Of a stretch of 64,000 nucleotides of DNA, positions 29,146-39,490 are shown piece by piece. The translations under genes were made by a program, and so were the position numbers. Numbering within the stretch: position 1 is the first letter of the stretch; each line of letters starts with the position of its first letter. Source of the DNA: Bacilli bacterium (GTDB taxonomy: Bacteria; Bacillota_I; Bacilli_A; RFN20; CAG-826); assembly GCA_024408295.1 (NCBI GenBank), contig JAKSVE010000002.1:7680-71679 (forward strand), given 5' to 3'. A model generated the notes under the pieces. That model was not told the origin of the DNA. It was given only the letters and a program-made list of their open reading frames with translations, and did not search any database.

Positions 29146-29894
29146 TGTGCGAATGTCTCCCATATTGAAACGCCGATGTTGTCAGAACCGCCATGAGCGT
29201 TTGCGGCAACGATTAATGACACGACCTTCTGGTCTGGTCTTTCATCGCTTGCAACGATTGCTCTGATCTCTTCATCTGGTACTTGGTTGTATAAACCATC
29301 GCTGCATAACAAGAGAGTTTCTCCCTTGTACTTCATGCTCTTAACATCCAGGGATAATGATGGGTAGATGCCCATTGCGTTGCTAAGAACGTGTCTATCT
29401 GGGTGGGTAAGAGCTTCTTCTTTTGTAATCTTTCCTGTGTTGATGAGCATCTGAACGTATGTCTGATCCTCAGTCAATTGAGTGAGTTTATCCTTATCGA
29501 GGCGATAGCAACGGGAATCGCCGACGAGCGCAACAGTGAGCCTCTTACCTGAGACTAAGGCTGCAACGATCGTTGTTCCCATGCCCTTGTACTTAGGGTT
29601 TCTTTCTGATGTCTCGTAGATATCGTTATTGGCCTTCTTGCAGATTTTGGTTAGCCATCTGCGATCACCGCCTCCGGTGATTGATCTCTTCTTGTCCGGG
29701 AATGCTTTGGTGAAAGTGTCAATTGCCATTCTAGAGGCAACATCGCCCTTCTGAGCACCGCCCATGCCATCGCAGACGACAAGCAAAATATCGCCGTCCG
29801 AATTCATCAAGACGACAGCTTGGTCTTCGTTGTTCTTTCTCACCATGCCAGGGTGAGTCTTATATGCATATGTACCGCGGAAATTCTCTGCCAT
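29142..29894 (-). CDS. PP2C-family Ser/Thr protein phosphatase (Stp/PrpC-like)
   Basis: NEDQ, VCDGMGG, DNIGV motifs. 250 aa. Confidence 0.9.
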   Translation of the reverse strand: MAENFRGTYAYKTHPGMVRKNNEDQAVVLMNSDGDILLVVCDGMGGAQKGDVASRMAIDTFTKAFPDKKRSITGGGDRRWLTKICKKANNDIYETSERNPKYKGMGTTIVAALVSGKRLTVALVGDSRCYRLDKDKLTQLTEDQTYVQMLINTGKITKEEALTHPDRHVLSNAMGIYPSLSLDVKSMKYKGETLLLCSDGLYNQVPDEEIRAIVASDERPDQKVVSLIVAANAHGGSDNIGVSIWETFAQ

Positions 29895-29896
29895 AA

Positions 29897-30934
29897 CTAT
29901 CTTTTCTTTCTCTCGTATTTGACTCTAAGCTGGCCACAGGCGGCATCGATGTCTGTGCCAAATTCTTTTCTGACCGTGCAATTGATGCCTTTGTCGTTTA
30001 AACGTCTTGAGAATGCGTGCACGTTTTCGCTTCTCTCAAATGGTTTTTCTTTGACTGGATTAAGAGGGATGAGGTTGACATAACAGAAGATTCCTCTTAA
30101 ACGTCTTGCTAGTTCATCTGCCTGTGCTAATGAGTCATTAAGACCTTTGATCATGATGTACTCAAAGGTGACTCTTCTGCCAGCTGTTTCAACATAGTAT
30201 TTAACTGCGTCTAGAAGATCATCCATATTGTATTTTCTTGCGATTGGCATGATCTCTTTTCTAATTTCATCGTTAGGAGCATGCAAGGAGATTGCAAGAT
30301 TGATTTGGATACCTTCGTTGGCATACTTTCTGATGCCTTCGACTAAACCACATGTCGACACTGTGATATGTCTAGCTCCAATTGCAAGTCCTCTTTGCTC
30401 GTTCATGACTCTTACGAAGTTCATCGTATTGTCGTAATTGTCAAAAGGTTCTCCAGTGCCCATAACAACGATATGGGTAACATTTTCGCCTTCTTCTGCA
30501 AGGATTTGGTTCATGAGCACTACTTCACCAACCATTTCAGCAGCGGTTAAATCTCTTGTTTTAGCAAGGATTCCTGAAGCACAGAAAGCACAACCCATCG
30601 AGCATCCGACTTCTGAGGATACGCAGATGACGTTGCCATAATCGTATCTCATAAGGACGGTCTCAACTTTTGAATGGTCTTCCATCTCAAGCAATAACTT
30701 GATGGTGCCATCGCTTGCATTTTGTCTTGTGAAAACGGTTGGAAGGGTGAGGCAATACTCTTCTTCCAATGTTTTTCTGAAGGCTTTGGAGATGTCCGTC
30801 ATGAGGGAGAAATCATAGACTTTTTTGATGTATATCCACTCGTAGAGCTGCCTTGCTCTATAGCGGGTCTCTCCTCTTGATGTCATCTCTTCTTCAAGAG
30901 CTGGTAATGTGTATCCGAATAGGTTTTTCTTCAT
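29897..30934 (-). CDS. rlmN: 23S rRNA (adenine2503-C2)/tRNA methyltransferase RlmN (radical SAM)
   Basis: The motif CxxxCxxC appears as CSMGCAFC, plus the conserved C-terminal GIDIDAACGQL. Confidence 0.9.
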   Translation of the reverse strand: MKKNLFGYTLPALEEEMTSRGETRYRARQLYEWIYIKKVYDFSLMTDISKAFRKTLEEEYCLTLPTVFTRQNASDGTIKLLLEMEDHSKVETVLMRYDYGNVICVSSEVGCSMGCAFCASGILAKTRDLTAAEMVGEVVLMNQILAEEGENVTHIVVMGTGEPFDNYDNTMNFVRVMNEQRGLAIGARHITVSTCGLVEGIRKYANEGIQINLAISLHAPNDEIRKEIMPIARKYNMDDLLDAVKYYVETAGRRVTFEYIMIKGLNDSLAQADELARRLRGIFCYVNLIPLNPVKEKPFERSENVHAFSRRLNDKGINCTVRKEFGTDIDAACGQLRVKYERKKR

Positions 30935-30936
30935 GT

Positions 30937-32259
30937 TTATCTTTCTTTAGCTGACATGCTAAATGATGCGGTTTCCTGTGGTGCGACAATGCCGGTTGAA
31001 TTATCAACTCCAATGACATCTGTCTTCTTCTGCATTACTGCGTAATACATTGCGGTATCGAATTCGTCCTGAGGGAACATCTGCTCTTCTTTGACGAACT
31101 TGAATTCTGGGTGGTTTGCGATGAATTCGGTGATTGTCTGATGTCCTTCCTTCTTGCTGATTGTGTAAATCATGTAGATGAGATGTCCACCTTCAGCGAC
31201 GTGTTTAGAAACGCCTTCGAGCATTTCCTTCTCTTTCTTGAAGAGTTCATCCATGCCGTCTTTCTTGAAATGGAGGAGATAATCTGGCTGTTCTCTGATC
31301 AAGTCGAAGTTCGTAGAAGCTGGTGAGCAGATGACAAGGTCCTGAGGTCTTGAAATAGCGGCATCGAGGAATGTTGGGTCTGCTGCAAAGAAGTTGACGT
31401 TCTTAAGGCCTTTTGTTCTGAGGGCTCTAGATACGTCAGCGTACTTATCCATCGAATAGACGCCTAAGTTCATTCCGATGGTTGAGCCGTATTTCTCGAT
31501 CGCTTCTCTCATGATTCCTGAATCACCATTGCCATCGAAGATGAATAATTCATCCTGGGTATTCTCGATGGCATATTTATCAAGGATGTATTTTGTTGCG
31601 ATTCTTTCGATGAAGATCTTGCCTTCCTTGAGTGCCTGGAGCTTTCTTAATGAATCCTTGCCCTTGTAGTAATAGATTCCTTTGATTGGAGTTCCAGTGA
31701 ATCCGTCTTTTGAGATGTCATTGATGTCAACATCGTCTAAGACTCTGACGGTTGTTGTTCTCTGAGATGAGTTCTTGCGGAGGACCTTATAGGTTGTTCC
31801 GAATCCATAGTGCTCGATGATCTTTAGGACCCACTCTGGAGTGTTGTATCTTAGAGAAAGGTACTTGTTGCTTGATTTTGGGAGGTCTGAAGGGATGTAT
31901 TCATCTGGGCTTCCCGCTTTCTCAAACAATGGTTCAAGAGCCTTGATCTTCTCTGCGCCGAGTTTTGCTAAGAGATGATCGTCGACCTGTTCCTTATCAA
32001 GTCTCTGATAGAAGTAATATTCAGCCAAGCAAAGAGCAGCAAGTCTTCTTTCCTCATCTGTTAAGTTTTCAATTGGCTTTAAAAGGTAGCTGAACAAAAG
32101 ATGGTGGCGAAGTTCGCATCCAACTAATGAAGCCACTGTGTTTCTCTGCGGACGAAGGTCGATATTAGCCTTGAAAATCTTCTTGAGAGCTTCTGCAAAT
32201 GGTGTGTCGTTAACGATGATGTCAGTTAAGACTGTCTCACATAATTCTAATGTCTGCAT
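30937..32259 (-). CDS. rsmB: 16S rRNA (cytosine967-C5)-methyltransferase RsmB/Sun
   Basis: NusB-like N-domain plus a Rossmann MTase (DxxAxPGxKT-like region, C-terminal Cys motifs). Position upstream of rlmN matches Firmicutes synteny. Confidence 0.8.
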   Translation of the reverse strand: MQTLELCETVLTDIIVNDTPFAEALKKIFKANIDLRPQRNTVASLVGCELRHHLLFSYLLKPIENLTDEERRLAALCLAEYYFYQRLDKEQVDDHLLAKLGAEKIKALEPLFEKAGSPDEYIPSDLPKSSNKYLSLRYNTPEWVLKIIEHYGFGTTYKVLRKNSSQRTTTVRVLDDVDINDISKDGFTGTPIKGIYYYKGKDSLRKLQALKEGKIFIERIATKYILDKYAIENTQDELFIFDGNGDSGIMREAIEKYGSTIGMNLGVYSMDKYADVSRALRTKGLKNVNFFAADPTFLDAAISRPQDLVICSPASTNFDLIREQPDYLLHFKKDGMDELFKKEKEMLEGVSKHVAEGGHLIYMIYTISKKEGHQTITEFIANHPEFKFVKEEQMFPQDEFDTAMYYAVMQKKTDVIGVDNSTGIVAPQETASFSMSAKER

Positions 32260-32274
32260 ATAATTTCCTCCGGC

Positions 32275-32781
32275 TTAATCTTCGTCTTTGATGTACTCTT
32301 CATCTGCGGCATATTTGGCATCGAGTTCATCTTCCTTGCCTTCAAATGCATTGCCGAGATATGGTTCTGGAATCGGTCCGTCGTATTCTTCTTCGTCCAT
32401 CTCTGCATATGGGTCTTCTACATCGACAATGTTATCGCTAGCGATATACCTAGGATATTCTTCGTTGACGTAATCATATGCGTGGTCTCTTGAATAATAT
32501 TCAAAACGAATGGAGATGTGGATTGTCACCTCTTTCAAAGTTTCGATTATGTAGTCTGCAACCTTGTCTTCTAAGATTGCGTACTGTTCTGGAGCAGAAA
32601 CGACAACGACGGTCTGCCATGAAGTCTGTTCAACGCCATTGTGGACGATGATTGACTGTGGAGCATAGAAATTAATTTCGTTTTCCTCAGTCTCAAAAAT
32701 CTGCGCAATGTTCTCCGTGTGTCTCTTGCTGTAGTGGCCGATCACGTATTGATCTAAGCCTAAAATTGAAATGGTGATCAT
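32275..32781 (-). CDS. Hypothetical protein with highly acidic C-terminal tail
   Basis: 168 aa. Occupies the position where def-fmt normally sit between priA and rsmB. Confidence 0.55.
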   Translation of the reverse strand: MITISILGLDQYVIGHYSKRHTENIAQIFETEENEINFYAPQSIIVHNGVEQTSWQTVVVVSAPEQYAILEDKVADYIIETLKEVTIHISIRFEYYSRDHAYDYVNEEYPRYIASDNIVDVEDPYAEMDEEEYDGPIPEPYLGNAFEGKEDELDAKYAADEEYIKDED

Positions 32782-32875
32782 AAATTCGAGTCCTCGATTC
32801 TATGTGATTATATCACATGTTGAGATTAGGAAAATAGACATCAAAAAATAATTTTGATGAATGAGGATGGTTCAA

Positions 32876-35077
32876 CTAGTAATCAAGAGGGTCTACATCA
32901 ACCGTGATATCGACTCCACTATTGGCGATTGGGGAGTTCAGCAATTCTTTTAAAACAGAGACAATTTCATCGCGTTTCTTCATTTTTAGCAGCAAAACGC
33001 GCTTATATTTGCCTCCAACTATCGAATAGAAAGGTGTGAGAGGACCAACTAAAGTAAGCGTATCAAGCTTTCTATCTTGAAGCGCAAACTTAAAATCATA
33101 GGCGGCGTTGACGCACTTCTCCTCATTGGCACAGGAGAATTCTAATAGAATCAAATAGACGAAAGGTGGGTACTGGGCATTCTTTCTCTCCATCATCTCG
33201 CGAAGGAAGAATTTCTCATAATCTTGTGTCGCGCCAAATACGATGGCGTAGTGATTCGGGTTGTATGTCTGGATGTATGCGATACCTTCTTTATCGGCAC
33301 GTCCACTTCTTCCAACCGCCTGAGCGATAAGGCCGAATGTTCTTTCTGCAGCTCTATATGTAGGCAAGGATAAGCCGATATCTGCCATAACAACGCTAGA
33401 CATGGTCACTTTAGGGAAATCGTGTCCTTTGGCAATCATTTGAGTGCCTACCAAGACATCGTATTCACCTTTCTTGAAGTCCTTGAGAATGCTCTCCATC
33501 TTCTTGCTGACCTGGGATACATCAGAGTCGATTCTTGCCACTCTGATTCCTGGAATGATGTCATTGAGTTCCTCTTCAATTCTTTCCGTTCCGTAGCCAA
33601 CACGTCTAAGCTTAGTGTTCTTGCATTGAGGACACTCGTTTGGATAGATTGATACCTCGCCGCAGTGATGACATTTAAGCATCTTGTCATATGAGTGGTA
33701 TGTGAGGTTTCCTCCACATTGAGGGCATGTGAAAATGTATCCGCAGCGAGGACAATTCACAGCTGTCCAATACCCTCTTCTATTAATTAACAAAAGTGAC
33801 TGTTCGCCTCTTTCCATCCTCTCTTTGATGGCATTTAGCACCGGTTTTGTAAGTTTTTCTGAACATTTATCGTAGTTCGCACGGTTACATAAATCGATAA
33901 TGTTTGTCTGAGGAAGAGGTCTTTGATTGACTCTGTGCTTCATCTCAGCGTATCCGTAAACGCCTCTTAAGGCTCTTGCTTTTGTTTCTAAGGTTGGTGT
34001 GGCTGAACCGAGAAGCACTTTTGCTCCGGAAATTTCGCCTCTAAATATAGCCACTTCCCTTGCGTGATAATGTGGAGCGTTGTCTTGTTTGTACGACTCA
34101 ACATGTTCTTCATCCAAAATGATTAACCCTAGATTGGTCAGTGGAGCAAATATTGCACTTCTAGCGCCCACGACAATCTGAGCTTTCCCCTGTGCAATCC
34201 TTCGATACTCGTCATATCTTTCTCCAGGCGTGAGTTCACTATGGAGAATCGCTACTTTAGGGCCGAATCTTCTAGAGAAGTATTCAACCATTTGAGGGGT
34301 GAGATTGATTTCAGGGACAAGCATCAAAACGGTCTTGCCATCATCGAGGTATTTTTCAGAGAGTCTTAAATAGACTTCCGTTTTGCCTGAACCAGTTACG
34401 CCTTGCAACAGGACTACATTCTTTGGAGAATTGAGGATGTTGTCGTAAGCGATTCTTTGCTCAACCGACATCTCATGCGGATTCTCTCTTTCTTCAATAG
34501 GAAGAACGAATCTATTTTTCTCCTTACTGAAAGTCTGTACCTTTCCTTTTTCAATCAACGCGTTCAAAACCGCTGGAGATCCCGCTTCTTTTTTGAGAAT
34601 TTCCTCATTATCCGCAATGAGACGTAGCATCTCGATTTGTTTTGGAGTAAGCCCTTCTTCATCTTTGTCTAGGCATTTTACCCACTTTTCGTACGCGATT
34701 TTTGGTCCATGTAAGCTAGATAGTTTAGGGGATAAGGTCTTTGGTAACATAGCTTGAAGAACGCCTATCAACGGAGAGATGTAGTAATCAGCGACCTTCT
34801 CGGCTAAAGACATGAGCTCATCATTGATGAGAGGTTCTTCGTCTATTATGTCCGCTTCTTTGATTTCTTTAATCTGATAACCGAGTTCTTGTTCAAGTTC
34901 TTCTTGGGATCTATTTTCGTCGGTGACATCAGTAACAAAGCCCATGATTTCCTTGTTGTTAAAATTGATTTTAACTCTGAACCTTGGTTCTATCTTTTTG
35001 CGGCCATAATAAACATACGAAAATGTCCGAGCAACAGCTCGGGCACCGTATTGAATTAATACACCGATGAGCTTCAC
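32876..35077 (-). CDS. priA: Primosomal protein N' (replication restart helicase PriA)
   Basis: Walker A GVTGSGKT, DEEH, zinc-binding CPRC...CPQCG...CHHCG. Confidence 0.9.
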   Translation of the reverse strand: MKLIGVLIQYGARAVARTFSYVYYGRKKIEPRFRVKINFNNKEIMGFVTDVTDENRSQEELEQELGYQIKEIKEADIIDEEPLINDELMSLAEKVADYYISPLIGVLQAMLPKTLSPKLSSLHGPKIAYEKWVKCLDKDEEGLTPKQIEMLRLIADNEEILKKEAGSPAVLNALIEKGKVQTFSKEKNRFVLPIEERENPHEMSVEQRIAYDNILNSPKNVVLLQGVTGSGKTEVYLRLSEKYLDDGKTVLMLVPEINLTPQMVEYFSRRFGPKVAILHSELTPGERYDEYRRIAQGKAQIVVGARSAIFAPLTNLGLIILDEEHVESYKQDNAPHYHAREVAIFRGEISGAKVLLGSATPTLETKARALRGVYGYAEMKHRVNQRPLPQTNIIDLCNRANYDKCSEKLTKPVLNAIKERMERGEQSLLLINRRGYWTAVNCPRCGYIFTCPQCGGNLTYHSYDKMLKCHHCGEVSIYPNECPQCKNTKLRRVGYGTERIEEELNDIIPGIRVARIDSDVSQVSKKMESILKDFKKGEYDVLVGTQMIAKGHDFPKVTMSSVVMADIGLSLPTYRAAERTFGLIAQAVGRSGRADKEGIAYIQTYNPNHYAIVFGATQDYEKFFLREMMERKNAQYPPFVYLILLEFSCANEEKCVNAAYDFKFALQDRKLDTLTLVGPLTPFYSIVGGKYKRVLLLKMKKRDEIVSVLKELLNSPIANSGVDITVDVDPLDY

Positions 35078-35084
35078 ACCGATA

Positions 35085-35666
35085 TTATAACTCTTTATCT
35101 ATCTCTTTTTTTATAAAAGAAATTATTTCTTCAGCAGCAACATCCAAATTGTCGTTTACAACTGAATGCGTATAGTGAACTGATTCAGACATTTCTCTCT
35201 TAGCTTTGGATAATCTTTCCTGAATGACATCCTCAGGTTCGCTTCTCCTGCCTCTGATTCTAGCTTCGAGAGCTTCAAGTGAAGGAGGAAGGATAAAGAA
35301 TGAGAGAGGCTTATCATCTTCACCGCAGTTATCCATGACCTGTCGAGCTCCGTTGACATCGATTTCGAGGAGAACATTAACTCCCTTGTTTCTCATCTCT
35401 TCTGTCTTGTCTTTTGGGGTTCCGTAATAGTGGGAGACAAAGTAATTTGATTCCAAGAGGTTCCCGTTTGCAAGATCCTCTTTGAACTTCTCCTCACTGA
35501 CAAAGTAATAATCTACTCCATCTTGTTCTCCCGCTCTTGGAAGGCGTGTGGTAAGAGATACTGAAAAATAAAGGTTGAGTTCCTTGTTTTCCATGATCAT
35601 CTGGCGAAGTGTGCCCTTACCGACTCCACTTGGACCAGACATAATGATTAATAAGCCGCGTTTCAT
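35085..35666 (-). CDS. gmk: Guanylate kinase
   Basis: IMSGPSGVGKGT P-loop, 193 aa. Confidence 0.9.
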   Translation of the reverse strand: MKRGLLIIMSGPSGVGKGTLRQMIMENKELNLYFSVSLTTRLPRAGEQDGVDYYFVSEEKFKEDLANGNLLESNYFVSHYYGTPKDKTEEMRNKGVNVLLEIDVNGARQVMDNCGEDDKPLSFFILPPSLEALEARIRGRRSEPEDVIQERLSKAKREMSESVHYTHSVVNDNLDVAAEEIISFIKKEIDKEL

Positions 35667-35721
35667 GATAACAAATTATAAGTCTTTGTTATCTTATTAA
35701 CAACAAGCTTGCTAAACACAA

Positions 35722-37194
35722 ATGAAAACTTTGAAACAATTTTCACTTAACAATGATATAATCATTCTCATGAGATTGAGTGCGAGAAACCTAAAAACTT
35801 ACATCGATTTAATTAAAGAAAAAGTGCTTTCAAAGCATATCGCACGACCATTTTTCTATTCCACTAACACCATTTTCTTCCATGTTTCAGGGAAGGGAGA
35901 CAAGCGTTTCGTCTTGTCTTTAGACGATTCCGAGCCAAGATTCTATTCAGCGCCAAATGAGATCGATGTCAGGGGCAAGGATTCCAAATTCATAGACCAA
36001 TTGAACAAAGAAATGAATAACGCCTACATAGTCGATATGGAAGCAGTTAACGGAGACAAGATTCTCAAGATGTCTCTCACTATCATCAATTCAGTGTTCA
36101 AAGAAGAGGGCAGAACCCTTTACTTCGAGATGATTCCAAGGCACTCAAACTTAGTGTTAACAGATTTAAATGACAAGGTGATTGTTGCATATAGGCCTGG
36201 CGAATTGACAGATCCTAGACCTCTATTTAAGGGAATGCAGTATAACTATCCACCTAAACTAGAATTCCCTGAGGAAGATATGAATTTCTCTGCCCAGGGA
36301 TATTTGGACCACTGCTTATCATTAGAAGGACAATTAACCGAAAGAAGAAAAAAAGATAGATTCGGCTACATCTTGAGCGCTCTCAAAAGCAAAGAGAAAT
36401 CGCTGAGAAGAAAAATCGAATCAATTGCAAAAGATGGCGAAGAGGCAAAGACACATCTCGATGATGGACGTTTTGGAGATGCAATATACACTTGCTATAG
36501 CGATATTCCCGCAAATGCCTCCTCTTTTGAGTATGAAGGCGAGATTATCGCACTAGATCCAGCCAAGTCTCTAGCAAAGAACGCAGAGCTGTACTACAAA
36601 AAGGCAAAGAAGGCGAAACAATCCATCATCATGTGCGAGATGTATGTCGAGAAGTCCAAAAAAGAATTAGCGGATACCATCTCAGCACTTGAGCAGATCA
36701 AATATGCAGACGAGCAAGGCTTAGAGACATTAGAGAAAGAATTGGGGCTTTCTGGAAAAAAGACTCCAGGTTCCAAGAAAATCAAGGGAGTGTTTGAAGG
36801 CTTATCCCTAGCGACAATCCCATACCAAATTGATTATAAAGGGACGAGGATCCTGTTTGGAAAAACATCAAAGCAGAATGATTGTCTTACATTCCTTTTC
36901 GGCACTACCAAGACTCACATCTGGCTACATGTTATGGGAGATTCGGGGTCGCATATTGTCATAAAGAAAGACAGCCCATCAAATGATGAAATCAGAATAG
37001 CCGCAGAGATCGCTCTTCTCAATTCAAATAGAGTTGATGGCGAGGTCATGTACACACTTAGAAAGAACGTCAGAAAAGGCAATGCCTTAGGACAGGCCAT
37101 TGTCAAAGAATTCGACATCATAAGAATCAATGATATTTCTGATGAGGCGATCGAATTGCTCGATCATGTCACAAGAGCGGATATAACAAAATGA
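35722..37194 (+). CDS. rqcH: RqcH/FbpA (NFACT-family ribosome quality control protein, Rqc2 homolog); alternative start 35770
   Basis: NFACT-N-like N-terminus, coiled-coil middle, C-terminal NFACT-R/DUF814 signature GTRILFGKTSKQND...HIWLHVMGDSGSHIVIKK. Confidence 0.8.
   Translation: MKTLKQFSLNNDIIILMRLSARNLKTYIDLIKEKVLSKHIARPFFYSTNTIFFHVSGKGDKRFVLSLDDSEPRFYSAPNEIDVRGKDSKFIDQLNKEMNNAYIVDMEAVNGDKILKMSLTIINSVFKEEGRTLYFEMIPRHSNLVLTDLNDKVIVAYRPGELTDPRPLFKGMQYNYPPKLEFPEEDMNFSAQGYLDHCLSLEGQLTERRKKDRFGYILSALKSKEKSLRRKIESIAKDGEEAKTHLDDGRFGDAIYTCYSDIPANASSFEYEGEIIALDPAKSLAKNAELYYKKAKKAKQSIIMCEMYVEKSKKELADTISALEQIKYADEQGLETLEKELGLSGKKTPGSKKIKGVFEGLSLATIPYQIDYKGTRILFGKTSKQNDCLTFLFGTTKTHIWLHVMGDSGSHIVIKKDSPSNDEIRIAAEIALLNSNRVDGEVMYTLRKNVRKGNALGQAIVKEFDIIRINDISDEAIELLDHVTRADITK
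35754..35762 (+). promoter_or_regulatory. Extended -10 element TGaTATAAT positioned 7 nt before an in-frame ATG (35770) of rqcH
   Basis: Read directly. Would give a leaderless transcript starting at ATG 35770. Neither ATG (35722 or 35770) has an SD sequence. Confidence 0.3.
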
Positions 37195-38042
37195 GAAGCC
37201 TAGAAGAGTTTGTTAAAACCAGCATAAACGTCGAGATAACTGAATGCACGGAACTTCATTCAGGTCTTTCAAATGCAACATATGCAGTAAATGGGGAATA
37301 TGCGGTAAGATTAAAGAAGCCGTCAGACACGAAATTCTATTCCGCAAAAACGGAGCAAATAATACTTCATGAAGCCTCATCTAATGGCATTGCCCCAGAA
37401 GTGTTAGCGTTTGATAAAGAAGGAAATTGCATAACAAAATGGATAAAGAACTCCAGGGCTTATGTTGAACCTGCGATGACGAATGAAGACCTCATCTCAA
37501 CAGTTGAAACAATCAAAATAGTGCATAATTTGCCAAGAATACTAAGAAATTTCTCGGCAATTCGCAGGTATAAGCACTATAAGAAACTCTCAAAAATCAC
37601 ATGCGTTGATAAACACGAAGACAAGATTGTGTCTCTCGCAAACGAGTTTTTTAGTCGCGACAAAAAAGTTCTATCGCACAACGATATAGTCTTTGGAAAC
37701 CTAATCAAGGACACCAAGGAAAATCGGATATACCTTATCGACTACGAGTTTTCAGCAATGAATCATCCATTCTTTGATCTTGCTTCACTGATTTCGGAGA
37801 ATCTCTTGGAATCAAAAGAACAATTTGAATTGATACTCCAAACTTACCTCGGAAGGGCCGCTACTACAGAGGAAAGGATAAAACTACTCGTAATTATCGC
37901 GTTCGAGAACTACCTCTGGTACTACTGGGCAGTCTCTAGATTCATCGCGACAGGAAACGAAGAGTTCAACACAATAGCTAGAATTAAAAAAGACGAAGTC
38001 ATTAAGACCTCGTCATATATGTGGAAGAAGGGAATTATTTAA
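37191..38042 (+). CDS. Phosphotransferase-family kinase (APH/choline-kinase-like fold)
   Basis: Brenner motif [10 protein letters not shown] and [22 protein letters not shown] overlap with the rqcH stop. 283 aa. Confidence 0.7.
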   Translation: MRSLEEFVKTSINVEITECTELHSGLSNATYAVNGEYAVRLKKPSDTKFYSAKTEQIILHEASSNGIAPEVLAFDKEGNCITKWIKNSRAYVEPAMTNEDLISTVETIKIVHNLPRILRNFSAIRRYKHYKKLSKITCVDKHEDKIVSLANEFFSRDKKVLSHNDIVFGNLIKDTKENRIYLIDYEFSAMNHPFFDLASLISENLLESKEQFELILQTYLGRAATTEERIKLLVIIAFENYLWYYWAVSRFIATGNEEFNTIARIKKDEVIKTSSYMWKKGII

Positions 38043-38586
38043 CTTCAGGATAAGCAGCTTCGTAGGCCTTGATGTCTTTTTCGATTGCCGCCATTGCAGC
38101 ATCTCTTCCTTTCATCTCGCCAACTTCAGTTAATTTGCCATGCTCAAGTTCCTTATAGACTCTGAAGAAGTGTTTGATTTCTTCTGAAATATGCTCTGGC
38201 AACTGGCAGATGTCCTTGTACTCACTATAAAGAGGGTCATGAGCGCATACTGCGATGACTTTCTCATCAAGCTTGCCGCCATCAGTCATCTCAAGAATTC
38301 CGATTGGATAGCAAACGGTCGTTGCTAAAGGAAGGATTGGCTCTGAACAAAGAATAAGGACGTCTAAAGGGTCTCCATCATCTGCCAAAGTCCTTGGGAT
38401 GAATCCGTAGTTATGTGGATAGTGTGTTGATGTATAAAGAATTCTATCCAAGATAAGAAGTCCGGTTTCTTTATCTAATTCATATTTGTTTTTTGAGCCA
38501 GCGCTAATTTCAACACAGGCCAAAAATTTCTTTGGAGTGATTCTTGTTTTGGCAACCGAATGCCAGATTGTATGCATGTTTGACAT
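38035..38586 (-). CDS. ppa: Inorganic pyrophosphatase (family I)
   Basis: [19 protein letters not shown] signatures. Start placed at ATG 38584-38586, which has a GAGGTG RBS. The 56 upstream codons of the listed ORF are rejected. Confidence 0.85.
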   Translation of the reverse strand: MSNMHTIWHSVAKTRITPKKFLACVEISAGSKNKYELDKETGLLILDRILYTSTHYPHNYGFIPRTLADDGDPLDVLILCSEPILPLATTVCYPIGILEMTDGGKLDEKVIAVCAHDPLYSEYKDICQLPEHISEEIKHFFRVYKELEHGKLTEVGEMKGRDAAMAAIEKDIKAYEAAYPEVK

Positions 38587-38683
38587 AATAGACACCTCTA
38601 AATGGGTTATTGTTAATAAAATATTACTCCAAAAAGAAAGATTTTGGTAAAAAATATCTAAAATCTCGCTATATTTATAGTGT

Positions 38684-39490
38684 ATGAGAAAGATTCTATC
38701 ACTAATAACGATATTACCGATGCTCGCATCATGCACCAATGGCATAATCAGCACAAAATCCTACTATCTTGATAGATCTTTAGACGTACCACTCAAAGTC
38801 GAAGGATATTCGGATGGCGCATACATCAAAACAGCGGACCAAATCATTTCTCTTTTGAGCGCCGGACAAGATGTCTTGCTCTGCACATCTTCTACGACTT
38901 GCTCGCACTGTCTTGAGGCCGAACCTGGCTTTTCAAACTTCGTAAGCGATAACAAAATCGCCTATGCTCTACTTGAAAGAACACCAGACAACACGGCCTT
39001 ATACAAATCTGAACTAGAGAGATTGAATGCATACTATGAGCTGCATGATGGCGATACTAATTTTATCGATGGCAAGACACCTGCGCTCTATCTTCTAAAC
39101 CCTTCTAGCAGCTATTATTTCTCAAGAGGAATATCGGCTGAAAAAGTGTTAGATTCAAATCTAAGAAAAGAGGCGGTCTACACAAACATATATAGAACCA
39201 GACAATATCCAAACTTAGGAAAGATTGAATCTGATACTCTAGTTTTCTTATTTGATTCTAGCAATTCAACAGCTTCAGATTTTTACGCAAATTCATTCAA
39301 AAACGCTGCAAAAGAGAGTAAAAACAAGTCAGTTGTCGTAGATTTCAACTTTATGAGCAATGAAGATAAGGAAGCTACTTTATCAAGATATAGCCTCAGC
39401 GAATACGCCCCTGTGTTAATCCAGGGAGAGACGATTACCAAAATAGAAAACGCCTCGGAGTCCGAAGCGTTGATCAACTCATATTTTTAG
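38684..39490 (+). CDS. Lipoprotein, possibly thioredoxin-like (CSHC motif)
   Basis: Signal peptide [17 protein letters not shown] (lipobox LASC). CxxC in [15 protein letters not shown]. Confidence 0.5.
   Translation: MRKILSLITILPMLASCTNGIISTKSYYLDRSLDVPLKVEGYSDGAYIKTADQIISLLSAGQDVLLCTSSTTCSHCLEAEPGFSNFVSDNKIAYALLERTPDNTALYKSELERLNAYYELHDGDTNFIDGKTPALYLLNPSSSYYFSRGISAEKVLDSNLRKEAVYTNIYRTRQYPNLGKIESDTLVFLFDSSNSTASDFYANSFKNAAKESKNKSVVVDFNFMSNEDKEATLSRYSLSEYAPVLIQGETITKIENASESEALINSYF

Noticed and set aside
29146-29163. Upstream ATG (29163) for the Ser/Thr kinase
   Set aside because: The internal ATG at 29145 forms a canonical ATGA overlap with the phosphatase stop and matches PrkC N-termini (MIxxG..I.GRY).
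38587-38754. 56-codon N-terminal extension of ppa
   Set aside because: No RBS. Hydrophobic junk sequence. GAGGTG RBS precedes ATG 38586, and the conserved PPase core begins shortly after.
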